DNA of 64,000 bases from Eledone cirrhosa (GCA_964016885.1 OZ024742.1:39804001-39868000); one strand, 5' to 3'. Counted from the first letter of the stretch, positions 40,063 to 53,870 are shown. Notes: a model not told the origin generated them from the letters alone. Numbers and translations: made by a program.

Positions 40063-40749
40063 TCTTCTCTGACTTCTTAATATTCTCTACCAGATATTTC
40101 GTCTTAATCTCATTCATTCTCAGCCCCACACTCATCGACACAGTCTCCACCTCCTGCATCAAATCCTCTGCCTGCTTCACTGTGTTTGTCACCAAAACTA
40201 TGTCGTCGACAAATTCAGCATCCGATATCTTTTTTGCCTTAACTCTCCTGCTCTAAGCCGGTGTTACAGTAAAGCCAAAGTCCTGGTGTTTCTCCAGCGC
40301 AAGGCGCATGCAATAGTCCACTATGATGATAAAAAGGTAGGCAGCCGAAGTATCTCCCTGGAGCACTCCAGTCAGTATCTCAAAGAACTCTGTCATCCCA
40401 TCAGATGTAATGACTTGGGCTTTGGTGTTGGTGTAGAGCAGTCATATCAGGTCCACTATCTTCTTGGGGATTCCATAAGCCTGTAAGATTTTCATCAGCT
40501 TAAAAGTGACACAGAGGAGACTGAAGTTAGCTGGACATGCTCACCGACATCCAGAGTTGACACTGCACTCAGTGCTCCTGTGGGAGCCCCTGCATGGACA
40601 CACTGGAAGAGGAAGACCGAGGTTAACATATGTTGATGCCCTAAGGACAGACACTGGTCTCTTGGAGATGCAGGACATGGCAGCAATAATGAGGGACAGG
40701 GACCGCTGGAGAGAACTCGTCCATGGATCTCGGGAATTTTACCCGCCCT

Positions 40750-40751
<2 letters not shown>
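40063..40751. mobile_element. RTE-X-like fragment with inverted 5' segment
   Basis: Minus 40063-40498: KILQAYGIP...GVLQGDT...EFVDDIVL; plus 40499-40751: RRLKLAGH...LLWEP..GRGRPRLTYVD..DRDRWR-stop; (TA)n on both sides. Confidence 0.8.
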
Positions 40752-40816
<65 letters not shown>

Positions 40817-40821
<5 letters not shown>

Positions 40822-41424
40822 TGGCTGCCAACTCGTTTTCGAGTACGGCCACTATTTTATATCCATGTAGGAGAACCCCTACCGATGCGCTGAACGAGTG
40901 TGACTTTTTAGCCCAGCCATCGACTTGAAAATTCTGGTACAAACACTACACTTGTGACAATTATTGACACATAGTGCTGGGCCCATGGTACCATGTGACG
41001 ACAAGTACAGAGAGATCTCCAGATATAAAGCAATGCCTGTGCCGTGAAGCTTTTATAGTGAGCAAAGGCACTGCACAAAGCCAGTCCCACTCTCTTAACC
41101 AAGATGATATTTACCAAAAAGAAGAACAAGTCAACATCATTGGATACCATCAGAGTTGCAGGTGTTATATCAGAGTTTTCCTTCTCCTAGAATTCTGCCT
41201 TGACAAAGGCTAAGGGATCATCTCTCCCGGTGATTTTGGATGGCCATTGACTCTTAAGAGCTCCTTTGCCCTTTGACAGGTTTTGTTTTTAGTCCTGCAG
41301 GATGTCCAAAGTCACCCTCCTCACCAAGAAACCTTGGTGGGGTTGCCAGTTTAGTCACCAACGACCCGACCATGTGACAGGTTGTACTGGGATACATGTT
41401 ACCAGTAGCACCAACTGGTGACCT

Positions 41425-41428
<4 letters not shown>
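40817..41428 (-). mobile_element. Non-autonomous RTE-derived element, family C (copy 1)
   Basis: Near-identical to 57754-58356; minus-strand 3' end ggccgtactcgaaaacgagttggcagccaccat resembles the RTE end. Confidence 0.75.
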
Positions 41429-41489
<61 letters not shown>

Positions 41490-41491
<2 letters not shown>

Positions 41492-42271
41492 CGTTTCTGA
41501 ATTTGTTTAGCAAGATTCTTTATCTGAAATCGTGGTGTTGAAACCGATATTGTTATACTTTGGGAGGGTCATGTTGCCAATAAGAAACACACGCACCAGT
41601 TGCTTTCACTTCAATTTATTATATATTTATAAATTTATAAGTTTATAAATCTATAAATTTCTGGTTGGTTGGTTGGTTCCACAACCAGATAGTTGTTTAT
41701 ATATAGTCATAGTTCTTTCGTCACACACTCTGTGACCTCTTCAGTGACTGGGGATTGCTTTCTTTGTTTCTGTGCCTCTCCTTTGTTCTGTCCTACGCCA
41801 TTTTGTTTCTGTGTGTGTGTTGTGTGCTCAGTCTGCGCATGCGCCACATCCGGGTGTCTGTGTGTGTTTATGTTCATTTATTTATTTGTTTATTTACATG
41901 TTACTGGTTGGTTGTTTGTTCTATGTGTGTGTGTGTTTTCATTTTGTCCTTAATTGTAAGTTGTGATGTTGCTGTTCCACTCATATTTTCTATTTAATTT
42001 TGGTTGTAATTCTTTTATGTTTATTGCCTCTGTAATTTGTCTAAACATTGCGTCTTTTCTGTGTGTAGATTCTATTTTTATTTCTATGTTCTCTAATTTA
42101 CCCTTGTGTTCTATTTTTGCATGTTGGTAGAGTACGATGATTTTTTATTATCTTGAAGGTCTCGCCAGTGTTCATTTATCCGTTCGGATAAATATATAAT
42201 AAATTGAAGTGAAAGCAACTGGTGCGTCTGTTTCTTATTGGCAACATGACCCTCCCAAAGTATAACAATAT
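41490..42271 (-). mobile_element. Short 5'-truncated Penelope-like element with inverted terminal copy
   Basis: Minus strand LSERINEHW... and FRQITEAINIKELQPKLNRKYEW (GIY-YIG C-terminus); inverted repeat 41557-41630 / 42187-42271; (TA)n flanks. Confidence 0.75.
41705..41749 (-). ncRNA. Minimal hammerhead ribozyme motif in the PLE 3' UTR
   Basis: Minus strand agtca-CTGAAGA-g-gtcaca/tgtgac-GAAA-gaac-TA-tgact. Confidence 0.6.
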
Positions 42272-42279
42272 ATATATAT

Positions 42280-42360
<81 letters not shown>

Positions 42361-42916
42361 CAGGTAATACGTCGGCTCTTCATATCGAAAAATTAAAAGT
42401 TGCTTGTTTCCATAACTTATTGCTATTTGATGAACTCGGGCCGTTTGGTGGATGGAAATCCCACCAGATAATCGTCGGCCCCAGCGAAATATATATAATA
42501 GCTAAACAAATACATAACTTCATAAGGCCTTCACTATATTTACTGCTCTGTATTCTCCGGCTTGTACTACCAAGACGTACGTGGATTAGTGCATGTCGTT
42601 GAGTGCTTTATTCAAATTAGCATCACGATTAACTGATTGGAATGTGGATTGCACAACTCTAGTCGGTTAACACACACACATACTCTCTCTCTCTCTCTCT
42701 ATGGTCTCGTTTGGGGATCCAGCGTGAACAATTAGAGGCAGTTGCTTCTGATAGGACCCACAAGTTTCTCCAGGAATAAGACGGTGAAAAAGAAGAAAAT
42801 GGATAAATGTAAATATACATATTGTTTGACGCAGGGCAAACAACAGTGGCTGAAGGACTGGTGAGTTTTACCAAGTAGAAATAGCAGCCAAATAGCCCTC
42901 AAATTTCATCCTAGAG

Positions 42917-43207
42917 CAGGCTTGGGCAACCTTTTTTGAGAAGCGGGCCGCATGAGATATGGTTCATCATCAGGCGGGCCGCAAGCGCTAATTTATATTC
43001 GTGTCCACATTAAAAAGAAGGGCAGTAACTCAGGTTGTTTTGATTTGTTTCTTCAGAATTCGTACACGTTGTTTTCTTCGATCGTAAAAATGATAGAAAG
43101 ATAAATTACGGCTGAAAATTTGAGGTAAATAAATCAGAAAGATTTCACTTAGGTGACTGAGGGAAGCCATTCAGAAAGCTTCGTGGGCCGCAGGTTGCCC
43201 ATGACTG
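42917..43207. mobile_element. hAT (Charlie-like) MITE
   Basis: TIR caggcttgggcaacc / ggttgcccatgactg; 8-bp TSD-like tcctagag / ttttagag; internal gcgggccgca repeats. Confidence 0.8.
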
Positions 43208-43788
43208 TTTTAGAGTATTTCAAATGAAAGTAAAAATGGCACGTTAGATGTTGCTGTTGCTGTTCCAAATGCACTCACTTCGACTAAACAATGAAAAAAA
43301 GGAGATTGGATGATCACAACTGGAACGCCTTTGACCTGCGGTGAAATAACGACAACCACTGACAAACATGTCTCATCTACGTCACATATTCACATATTCA
43401 GTTAGAAATAACCGCACTCTACAGTCTTAAAAAAACTATCTTTTATCCGAACTTCTGAGCTATTATTTATAGCGATCGAACATTGTTACAGTTAGTTAGT
43501 TTCTGGGTTTGGTATTCCTACATTTTCTAATATACATAAGTGTGTGTGTATGTGTGTGTGTGTGTGCAGCACCCACTCACAATTGAGAAAGACATACTAA
43601 ATACTATATAATACGATAAATATATGTTTAGTCTTATGGCGACAAATTGACAGTCCTAAGGTCGTCGGAGTATTAGCTTCGGCATTTGTTCCGGCTCATT
43701 TCGCTCTAGTTCAATACTTCGTCTTTTATCATTTCCAGGCTGATGTATAAAGTACCAATCCAATAGTTTATCATTTCCCATCTCTCTC

Positions 43789-43874
<86 letters not shown>

Positions 43875-43899
43875 CTCTGTGTGTATATATATATATATA

Positions 43900-44120
43900 T
43901 AACAAAGAAGGTGTGGTAAGATACCAGGTGGACCATAATGCACCAGAGTACTCGATATTTAGGGTAGTGGAGTCGGTAATAGGAAAATAGTCAGGACCCC
44001 GACGGCTGAGCACCGGCCGTTTCGACAGCTAGATTCGACAGCTAGACAACAAACAGATTATTAGATTCACGCTTTATATGGAAAAGTAGAAAGAAAGTTC
44101 GACGTGTTCAGGAGTACAAC
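43900..44120 (-). mobile_element. Two adjacent PLE terminal remnants, related to 59800-59936 and 56850-56945
   Basis: Minus strand GAAA-cggc..gccg-TC-ggggtc hammerhead 3' half; tcacgctttatatgga...ttcgacgtgt shared with about 56875-56915. Confidence 0.55.
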
Positions 44121-44770
44121 ATTAGAGACAGGAGCACAAAGGAGAAACATAAATAAAAAAGTCCAAGTAAAAAAAAAAGATTGTAAACAAATATATATGA
44201 GAAGGAAACACGTGTGTAATTTGCACTGAACTTATTGGATTTGGTGGTTTATTCAATTTAATACGTACGATAAATATATTTTCCGTCAATGGTGATGGCG
44301 CCGGTACATTGGTTATTATAATATAAAATAAGATAAAAATAGATTTGATCATGACAGTTAAAATTAAATCAATTGTTGTCTTGTCTGATTTATGCTGCTT
44401 ATACCATTTGTAGGAATTCTAGCACAGTTATTTATTCACATAAGCGCACAATTCCAGTGCGTGTGTGTTTGTGCATGTGTGTGTGTATATGTGTGTGTGT
44501 ATGTGTGTGTTTGTGTGTGTTGTGCATTTTGTGTAGGTGCATAGCTTAGTGGTTAAAGTGTTCGGCTCACGATCGTAATACGTGAAGTTCGATTCCCGAT
44601 GGCACTTTGGATCACTAAGCAAAACATTGTTTACTTTGTCCGATTGATCAATCGGCTTCCCCCTCTCTCACTCTCACTCTCTCTCTTTCTCTCCCCCCTC
44701 TCTATCTCTCTCTCTTCTTTCTCACTCCCTCTCTCTCTGTATTTATATATATATACACATATACACACAC

Positions 44771-44982
<212 letters not shown>

Positions 44983-45011
44983 ATGTATATATATATATAT
45001 GTGTGTATGTA

Positions 45012-45058
<47 letters not shown>

Positions 45059-45067
45059 ATGTATATG

Positions 45068-45104
<37 letters not shown>

Positions 45105-45311
45105 ATATATATATATACACACACATATATATATACGAATTAATATTTGCACACGAAATATCTGAGATTGACCTGTCACACCTCCATGTCAGATTAAAGT
45201 GGTTCCCCTATTTTAATTGTGAATTTCACAACAATAGAAATTCCATTCAATAAACGTTATGCCTAATTTCACATTTATTTTTATCCCCCTGCTGCTACTA
45301 CTACTACTACA

Positions 45312-45360
<49 letters not shown>

Positions 45361-45380
45361 ATAATAATAATAATAATAAT

Positions 45381-48300
45381 GATTTCTTTATTAACCACAA
45401 GGGTTTACATAAAGTAGACATTAAGGACAGTGCAGGACAATGCAGGACGGTACAAATGGGCATTTCTGCGTGTAAAAAACAAAAACAGAGGATGTAACAA
45501 AAATAACAATGAAAATAACAATGAAAAATTCCCCAATAGGGGGGAGACTTCGGAGGGACATTTGTGGAGAAAGCCCAGTAAAAAGCCACAATGACCCTGA
45601 CCACCAAGGCAAGTGCCCTCTCCCAGTTTTCCACCTTTAATTTACAGATATATACTCAGAGTATATATTCACTCGGGCCATTCTTGCTTCTCTCACCCAT
45701 CTTTCAACAAAATGCTGGGAAGAGAGCACTTCCCTCTCTACTCTGATTTTCCTTTTCAAATGAAATTTGAAAAAGTCAATCAGAGCATCACCGAAGAGGT
45801 AAGTGCTCGTCTTCAGCCCTTTCAAACGTGTCCACCATACTATCTCTTTCGCCATGGCCACCAGACAGATAAAAACTGCCTGCCCTTCCCGGCTAGAGGA
45901 GGAGGGCGGGGCAATCCTCACGATGGACTCAGATGATAGCCGGATCCGTCCTAAACGCGACAGCAGGTGTTCGACATAAACCCACAAGTCAGCAATTTTC
46001 GGACACTGGACGAGTGCGTGCAGGACGGTTTCGTCGCCCTGCGCGCATCTCGGACATGCCCGGCTGACGGCACCTCCATGCCTGTAGAGTTTATCCCGAA
46101 CTGGCAAGGCTCCTCGGTAGCACTGCCAGGCCAGAGATTTCTGGAAGTTGTCCATAGGCCCCGGCCCGAAAGTTCTTCCGAAGAGATTGGCTAGTTGATT
46201 TTCGTCGACGCCTAGAGTTTCCCCAAGTACGTCGTCGCTCTTCCCCTCCACTAATCCTCTATAGAACGCCGAGGTGGAGTTTCCACCGATCACATTGCCC
46301 GATTGGTCGAGGGCTGTGAGCGCCTGAAGACATTCCAGTCTCCAGGCGCTCCCTCTCGGTCTTCGCTTGACCCAGGACTGCAGCTCCGTCAAGGAAACGA
46401 GCTGGGGAAATACGCGCCTAGCAAACGGCGACCACACCTGATCACCGTCGAGGAAGAGGTGGAGATGTCGTAGCCTGAGCGCGTGCCTGCGCATCATCAG
46501 CCACGGCATGCCCAGCCCTCCACGTAGCGGGTGTTGACAACAGATGGACCGCCTGACCATCGGAGCACGTCCCTTCCACAAAAAGCGAAAGAGCAAACGC
46601 TCCAGCGCAGTCAGGCGAGGCTTAGGACAAGGTACGACGGTCAGGCGGTAGCAGATGACAGACGCGATGTACGCGTTAGCCACCTCCGCTCGACCTTTCA
46701 GGGATAGCTTCCTCTCCGCCCATTTCTGGGTGAGAGAAGCCACCCTGCTCGTCACCTCGTCCCAGTTTTTGTCCGTCTGGAGGTCCGGACCGAACCAGAC
46801 CCCTAGCAATTTAACCGGTCCGTCCGTCCAGCGCCCGACGACGCTGATGGACGGCATGGACCTGCCTCTCCAGGTGCCGAGCTGCAGGCCCACTGACTTT
46901 TCCTGGTTGATCATTGCTCCTGTCACCGCTTCGTATTCTCTTAGTGTAGTGCCGATCGCCTCGATGTGTTTGGCGTTCGACACCACTACGGTGACATCGT
47001 CCGCATATGCTGACACGGATCTTCCGCATCCTAGTTCGCGCGGGACCCCCCTCAACGTCTCCAGTTTGTGCAGTAATGGCTCGAGAGTCAATACGTACAA
47101 GAGGGACGAGAGGGGACATCCTTGGCGGACCGAGCGCATGATGTTGAACGGTTCCGAAAGGTGACCGTTCACTCTCACCACAGAGCAGATGTCGCTGTGC
47201 ATGGCAGCGATCCAGCCTCTGAAGACGGGCCCAAAGCCAGCCGCCCTCAGGACTGCCGCTAGGTAACGATGGTCGACCCTATCGAAAGCTTTCGACCGAT
47301 CTAAATTGATGAAGGACCCACCCGTGCCAGGTTCCCTAGCTACCCTCTCTACGATGTATCGCATGAGGTGGAGGTTGTCGTGGATGGATCTGTCGGGAAT
47401 GTCGCATGTCTGCGCCTCTCCCACCAGACCACCAACGACAAGCGCCAACCTCTTTGCTAGCACCTTGGCCAAAATCTTGAACTCTGTGTTTAGCAGAGTT
47501 ATGGGCCTAAAATTATCTGTTATGTCAGAGTTATGGGTCTAAAATTATCCGCCACAGCTCCTCGGCTCACAGAGCTGGGAATTCTCCCGTTCTGTTGCCA
47601 GTTGCAGTAGACGTCCGCCAAGAGGCCTCCGAACAAGTCTGGCATCTGTACGTAAAGTTCATAGGGCAGACCATCCAAACCAGACGATTTACCCCTTGTG
47701 CAGCTAGTCATTGCCTCCCGTACTTCAGCGGCTGTTATCGGCTTTTCGCAACACTCCGCCTCAGTGGCCGAGAGCCGCGGCAGTCCGTCGAGGTAGACAC
47801 TAAAGTCCATCCCTCGATCCGGCCCGCCGCTGCCCCCGAACAACTGAGCGAAGTGTCGCTGAAAAGCTTCACATTTGCTCGGGATCGAGTAGCATGCGCC
47901 CGTCGTGGTCCAGTAAAGACCGGATCGTGGCTTTGTTGCCACGATGCGCCTACGCCACTCGGGCCCATTGAACGGCTTTCGTCCCCTCGTGTCTGAGAGC
48001 ACGCACCCTAGCTTTGACAACGCAGCCTTCGTGCTTTGCATTGAAGAATTGGTCAAGGGCCAATTTCGCCGCAAGCACGTCGGTCGCGATGCCTTTGCTA
48101 AGCGCCTCGTCTAATTTTCTAACTAATTCTCCCTCTGCTCTATTTTTCTCTATTGCTAAAGCCTTACTAAACCTAATGGACTCTATTCTAATTGCTCTTT
48201 TCAGAGCAAACCACCACTTGTTGTTGACGATGGCCCCCGTCAACGCCCGCTTAACTAGTTCGATAATCCGGTCTCTGTAGGCCTTGCGCGCTGGTAAGGA

Positions 48301-51234
48301 CGCGTTTAGCTTCCAGTAGCCGAGTCCTCGTCTCTTAAGCCTATATAAGTCCAGTACACAGATCACGAATTTGTGGTCCGTGTAGCTGTCTATCTTGAAT
48401 TGTGGACAGCCTATGCTAGACCTATCTATTTCCTACAAAATACTCTATCTAGATATAATCTGGATGACCCTATGCGATTTGTCCAAGTCCACATTGGCAC
48501 ATTCGGGAAATCCAATCGGTACCTGTCAGACAGTTCAAAACGCCTGAGCAGGTTGGTGAGGCTCTTGCACCCTCCTCCCCGATCCGCTAATCCCACACAG
48601 TCCCAGCGTGCATCTAAGATTCCGTTCCAGTCGCCCACTAACACTAAAGAGCGGGACGTTCCAAGAAAGGTCTCCAGACGCCGGAAGAAATCAGGCCGCC
48701 CTGCTCCTGTCGGGGCATAGACGGCCACTAACCTGAAAGCTTGCCCGTCTACGCTGGTCACGTCTAGCACCACCAACTTACCTTCTGGGTCCAGGAAGAT
48801 GGCCCGTATGGCGAGATCCAAACCTCTCCGAAAAAGCACAGCAACTCCTCCCTCCGATCCAGGACGGCTGGGAGATGCGTACACATCGTAGCCGCCGAAG
48901 ATCGGTGCGAAGGCCCGTGCTTCGGAGATTCTGGTCTCGCTGATGGCCACTACATCTATGTTTAGTGACCTGAGGTCGTTGAGCAGGTGGCCCTGCTTCC
49001 ATGACGACCCCAAGCCACGCACATTTATGCTGCCTATTGTGAGTGAGGTCATGTTGAAATGGAGTGGAAAAGATGGGAAAGACCACTTACGTTACTTCTC
49101 GTAAAGGAACGATGGTTTCTCCATCCTTTTCACTGCTTGTGGCCTCCTCCGGAAGGATGTCCTTATAAATCCTCCTGGAGAGTGTTTGTCGGAAGTCTCC
49201 GATGTCTTTGGGGAATTTTTGTTTTAGTGTCGTGTACGTTTTCTGTGTGATGCGAGTGATTTGTATGTGTGGAGGTGGTGTGAACTTTTGGGGTGTTGTG
49301 TAGTCTTTTTCTGTGATGCTGGTGTTGTATAGTCTTTTTCTGTGATGCTGGTGTTGTGTTGCATGTAGTGTAATAATTGGTTGTTGTTCAAATTTAATGC
49401 TGTGTAGTGTGTATCGTTTTGGTTGTTTTGTTTTGTTTGCGTTTGTTGTGGGTTTGTTTCTGTTACGCTTTTTGGTGACCTTTGTGGTGTTGGTGATGGT
49501 GGTGTTGGGGTTAATGATGGTGATGGTGTTGGTGTTTGTGGTGATGGGGTTGGTGATGCTGGTGTGGATGGTGGCATATCTGTCTGAACTTTCTTTTTTG
49601 CTAATTTATTTGTTTCCCTCTGTATTTTGTTTTTGGAGGGGGAGGGAAGAGAATGTTTTATTTTTGGTTTCTTTTTTTTCTCTTTTTTCCTGATACCGTT
49701 TCCCACTCCTCGTCGTCACAATCTGTCTCCAGTTGCGATAAGCCGGGGAGTGGAAAATCCTCCACAGGCGTTGGTTTGGGTTGTGGTGGATGGTGTAGGC
49801 ACTGGTGTTAGTTCTGGGGCGTTGGGTGGTGGTGGTGTTAATTTTGCTACTGTTGCTGGGGTTGTTGCTGTTACAGTTGCTTCTGTTGTTGCTGCTACAG
49901 TTGTTGCTGCTATTTCTGCTGCTGGTGGTGTTGATGGTTGAATCACTGGGGTGGGTAAGAGAGGTGGCCTCAACCTTTTAGCCTGAGGGCAGAAAGCCCT
50001 TAGGTGGGTTCCTTCACCACAAACGACATACCTAGGCCTTCTGCCCTCGACGATTACGGTGAGGTGGCTGTCGTCAGTGAGATCTATTACCTCTGGGATC
50101 TCTTCAATGCTTTTATGGTCCGCTTGGATCAGGAGCTCCATCCCAGATCCGGACCAGTTCTCCTACTTTTCTTTTGCTATTTCTATTATTTTGGTGTTGG
50201 CCTCGATGCCAGCAGCCATTAGCCAGGGAATTTCGATGGCCGGTGGAACGTGGGTCACCCTGATTTTCACAAGTCTCTGGCCACAATAGCTTGGGATGAG
50301 TGTGAAGTCGTCACTTCTTAATGGGGCCATGGAGTGTTCTCTGGCCTCCTGTGGTGTTTCAAAGAACACGTCCACGGTTCCATACTTCTGCCTACGTCTG
50401 ATGTGGGTTTTTTTTGCCCACACATGTCCCAAAGCTTTTTGGATTTGGGACTCAGATGCTCGTTCCACTCGGCGCGATTTTATGTTTATTGTCCGATAAG
50501 ACACGGTGCATAGGCGACGTTGCTCCATTTTATTAGGGGGGGGGGGAGGCTGACCCTGTACTCATCTTTCTTTACCATTCCTTTGGCTTCGTCTAATTCT
50601 TCCTGAGTTACCTGAATCGCTTCGCACGTTTTTGCTACTCAGGGTAGTTTTCTTAATTTCATTGTTGCTGTTGTTATTATCGTTATTTTTGCTATTGTTA
50701 ATTTTAGTTTCAGTTGTGGTGGTGGTGGCGTCAGTGGTGTTCGGTGTGGAATAGTTCATTTTGGTTGAATTCATTTCGATATCATGAGTTAATTTTTTTT
50801 TTTTTTTTTTGTTTCTGTTGTCGCTGTGGTGGTGGTGGTGGCGGCTTTAACACCTGCAGTCATTGGTAATGGCGGGAAATGAACGTCTGCCTGAGACAAA
50901 TTTAAAATATTGCTACTGCTTACAATTCCAGTGTTGGCAAACGTAGCAATGTTTATAATGGTGGTGTCGGTGTGAGGTGTTGGATTGTGAGGAAGGAGTG
51001 AATCTGAGTCATCCATTATTTTTCAAAGAAAAAAATTTTTTGTTTGATAATTATAAAAAGTTTAAATTTTGGGCTCAAGGCCCCAATATTTTTGAGTGTC
51101 CTTTTCAGAAATCAATGTATGTGCACTTATATATAGTTAACAATAAACATTTTCCATAAATGGCAATTTTAAATAACTGAAAATAACAAACCTTTGCGGA
51201 GCTCACGATGATACGATTTACTACGTAGGTCGCA
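45381..51234 (-). mobile_element. Near-full-length Tx1/L1-clade retrotransposon (Tx1 #3), frameshifted
   Basis: ORF1 pieces from 51016 to about 49090; ORF2 from ATG 49052 (INVRGL) to 45637 with a 611-aa RT/zinc-finger segment; close relative of #1; (AAT)n at both ends. Confidence 0.93.
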
Positions 51235-51264
<30 letters not shown>

Positions 51265-51266
<2 letters not shown>

Positions 51267-53446
51267 TTTCATTTATTGGTCACAAGGGCCGACATATAGG
51301 GGACAATACAAAAGACTGGGACAGTGGGGTTTTACAGAAAAATCGAGTAAACAATATGAATAACAATAACAAAGTAACAATAACTAAGTAACAATAACAA
51401 AGTAACAATAAAGTAACAAGAAAATTACAACAAGAAAAAATTCCCCAATTGGGGGGATGACCACCTAGGGTTCGCTCAGGTACCCCACCAGTCCTGAACG
51501 ACCCGACGCTTCGAGAGCACCCTGGAAGGGCACCCCTCTCCTCTTCAAATTTACCTACCTACAGCCGCATGACCAGAGTAGGCCCACTCACACGGGCCAT
51601 TCTCACCACATTCACCCACCTTTCAGTAAATGTACTGGGGGGCAGCACTTCTCTCTCCACCCGCACCTTCCTTTCCAAGTGAAACTTGAAAAAGTTGATG
51701 AGGGATTGGCCGAAGAGAAAAGTGTCTGTCTTCAGTCCTTTCAACCTCGTCCACCATACAACCTCTTTCGCTACTGCCACCAAGCAGAGGAAAATTGCCT
51801 GCCCTTCCTGGCCAAAAGAAGGCGGCAGGTCGATCTTCACTATGGACTCGGCCGATAGCCGGATCCGTTCTACACGCGACAACAGCTGTTCAACATAACT
51901 CCACAAGTCAGTAATGCACGGACACTGGACGAGTGCATGCAGAACGGTTTCGTCGCTCTGCGTGCATCTCGGGCAGGTCCGTCTGACAGCACTTCCGTGC
52001 CTGTAGAGTTTATCTCGAACCGGTAGCACTACCAAGCGAGGGAGTTTTGGAAATTATCCATCGTCCCCGGCTCGAAAGTCCTCCGGTACAGACTGGTTAA
52101 TTCGACTTCGTTGACTCCCAGAGCCTCTCCGGGTTGGTCGTCGCACTTGCCCACCACTAATCCTCTATAGAACTCGAGAGTGGAAGTTCCACTGACCGCA
52201 TTGCCCGCCTGATAGAGGGCAGTGAGTGCCTGGCAACATTCCAGATGCCAGTCTCGGTCTCTTCTTGACCCAGGACTGCAACTCAGTCAAAGAAACGAGC
52301 TGCGGAAAGGCCCGTCTGACAAACGGCGACCACACCTGTTCACCGTTCAGGCAGAATATCTGAATATGCCGCAGCCTCAGCGCGTGCCTGCGCATCATTA
52401 GCCTCGGCATGCCCAGCCCTCCACGTAGAGGGTGCTAGCAGCAGATGGACCGCCACACCAGCGGAACCTGACCCCTCCACAAGATGGCGAGGCGCGAACG
52501 GGGGCAAGGGACGACAGTCAGACGGTAGTAGATGACGGACGCGATGTACGCGTTCGCCACCTCCGCCCGACCTTTCAATGATAGCTTCATTCCAGCCCAT
52601 TTCTGGGTGAGACTGACTACCCTGCCCGTCACCTCGTCCCAATTCTTATCCACCTGGAGGTCCGTCCAGCGCCTAACGACGCTGTTGGACGGCATGGACT
52701 TGCCTCTCCAGGTGCCGAGTTGCAAGCCCACCGACTTTTCCGGGTTAAGTTTTGCTCCTGTCAACCTTTCCTATTCCTCCAATAAGTTGCCGACCACCTC
52801 GATTTCTGAAGTGTCCGACACCATCATGGTGATGTCGTCCGCATAAGCCGACACAGCCTTTCCGCGTCCCAATTCGAGCGGGATGCCCTGCAACAGCTCC
52901 AGCTTCCGCAGTAAAGGCTCGAGAGTCAATACATACAGAAGGGAGGAGAGAGGGCACCCTTGACGGACCGATCGAGAGACCTGAAACGGTTCCGAGAGGT
53001 GGCCATTAATTTTGACCATCGAGCAGGTGCCGCTGTGTATTGCAGCGATCCAGCTTCTGAAGACGGGGCCGAAGCCAGCCGCCTTGAGGACAGCCTCCAG
53101 GTACCGATGGTCGACCCTATCGAATGCTTTCGATTGATCTAAATTGATCAGAGCCCCACCGAAGCCAGGTTTACACCCTACCATCTCTATGATGTATCGT
53201 ATTAGGTGGAGGTTGTCGTGTATGGACCTGGTTGGGATTGCGCAAGTTTGCGCTTCCCCAACCAAATCCCCGATGACAAGCGCCAACCTCTTCGCTAACA
53301 CCCTGGCCAAAATCTTAAACTCTGTGTTGAGCAGAGTTATGGGTCTGAAATTGTCTAATGTGTCCCTCTTGTTCTCGTCTTTCCTTATCAGCGTCACTAC
53401 GCCCCGGCTCACAGAACTGGGAATACTCCCGTTTTGCTGCCAGTGC
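51265..53446 (-). mobile_element. 5'-truncated Tx1-clade element (Tx1 #4; RT to 3' UTR)
   Basis: FRPITLLN, QGCPLS, YADD, CPRC..ETVLHALVQC; 3' end joined to (AAT)n. Confidence 0.9.
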
Positions 53447-53464
53447 GCTACTGCTACTAATAAT

Positions 53465-53668
53465 GATTTCTTTATTGGCCACAATGGGCTAACATTACAG
53501 ACCGTACAGGACGATACAAAGTGGGTTTTGGCCGTGTAAAAAGGTTATAAAAGACAGAAACGTGTAAAATAAATTAAAATTCAAACAACAAAAATTCCCC
53601 AATAAGGGGGAAGCTTCCGAGGGTCACTCATGGTGAAAACCACACAAAAGACCACGGCCACCCTGACC
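53465..53668 (-). mobile_element. Tx1 3' UTR-only insertion (Tx1 #5)
   Basis: Matches the 3' UTR of #1 (gtcagggtggccgtggtcttttgtgtggttttc...gccaataaagaaatc). Confidence 0.8.
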
Positions 53669-53671
53669 TCT

Positions 53672-53870
53672 TATATAGGCACAAGGCCAGCAATTTTGGG
53701 AGAGGGGAAAGTTGATTAAATCGACCCCAGTACGTTACTGGTGCTTTATTTTATCGACCCCTTAAGGATAAAAAACAAACTTAACCCCGGCGGGATTAGA
53801 ACTCCGACCGTAAAGAGTCGTAACTCTATGCTGCAAAGCATAACGTCCGACCCTCTACCGATACTGCCCC
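53672..53870 (-). mobile_element. Family A SINE
   Basis: Core and head on the minus strand. Confidence 0.8.

Noticed and set aside
40908-41213. Conserved 80-aa ORFs shared by the two family C copies
   Set aside because: Explained by recent repeat duplication; no recognisable domain
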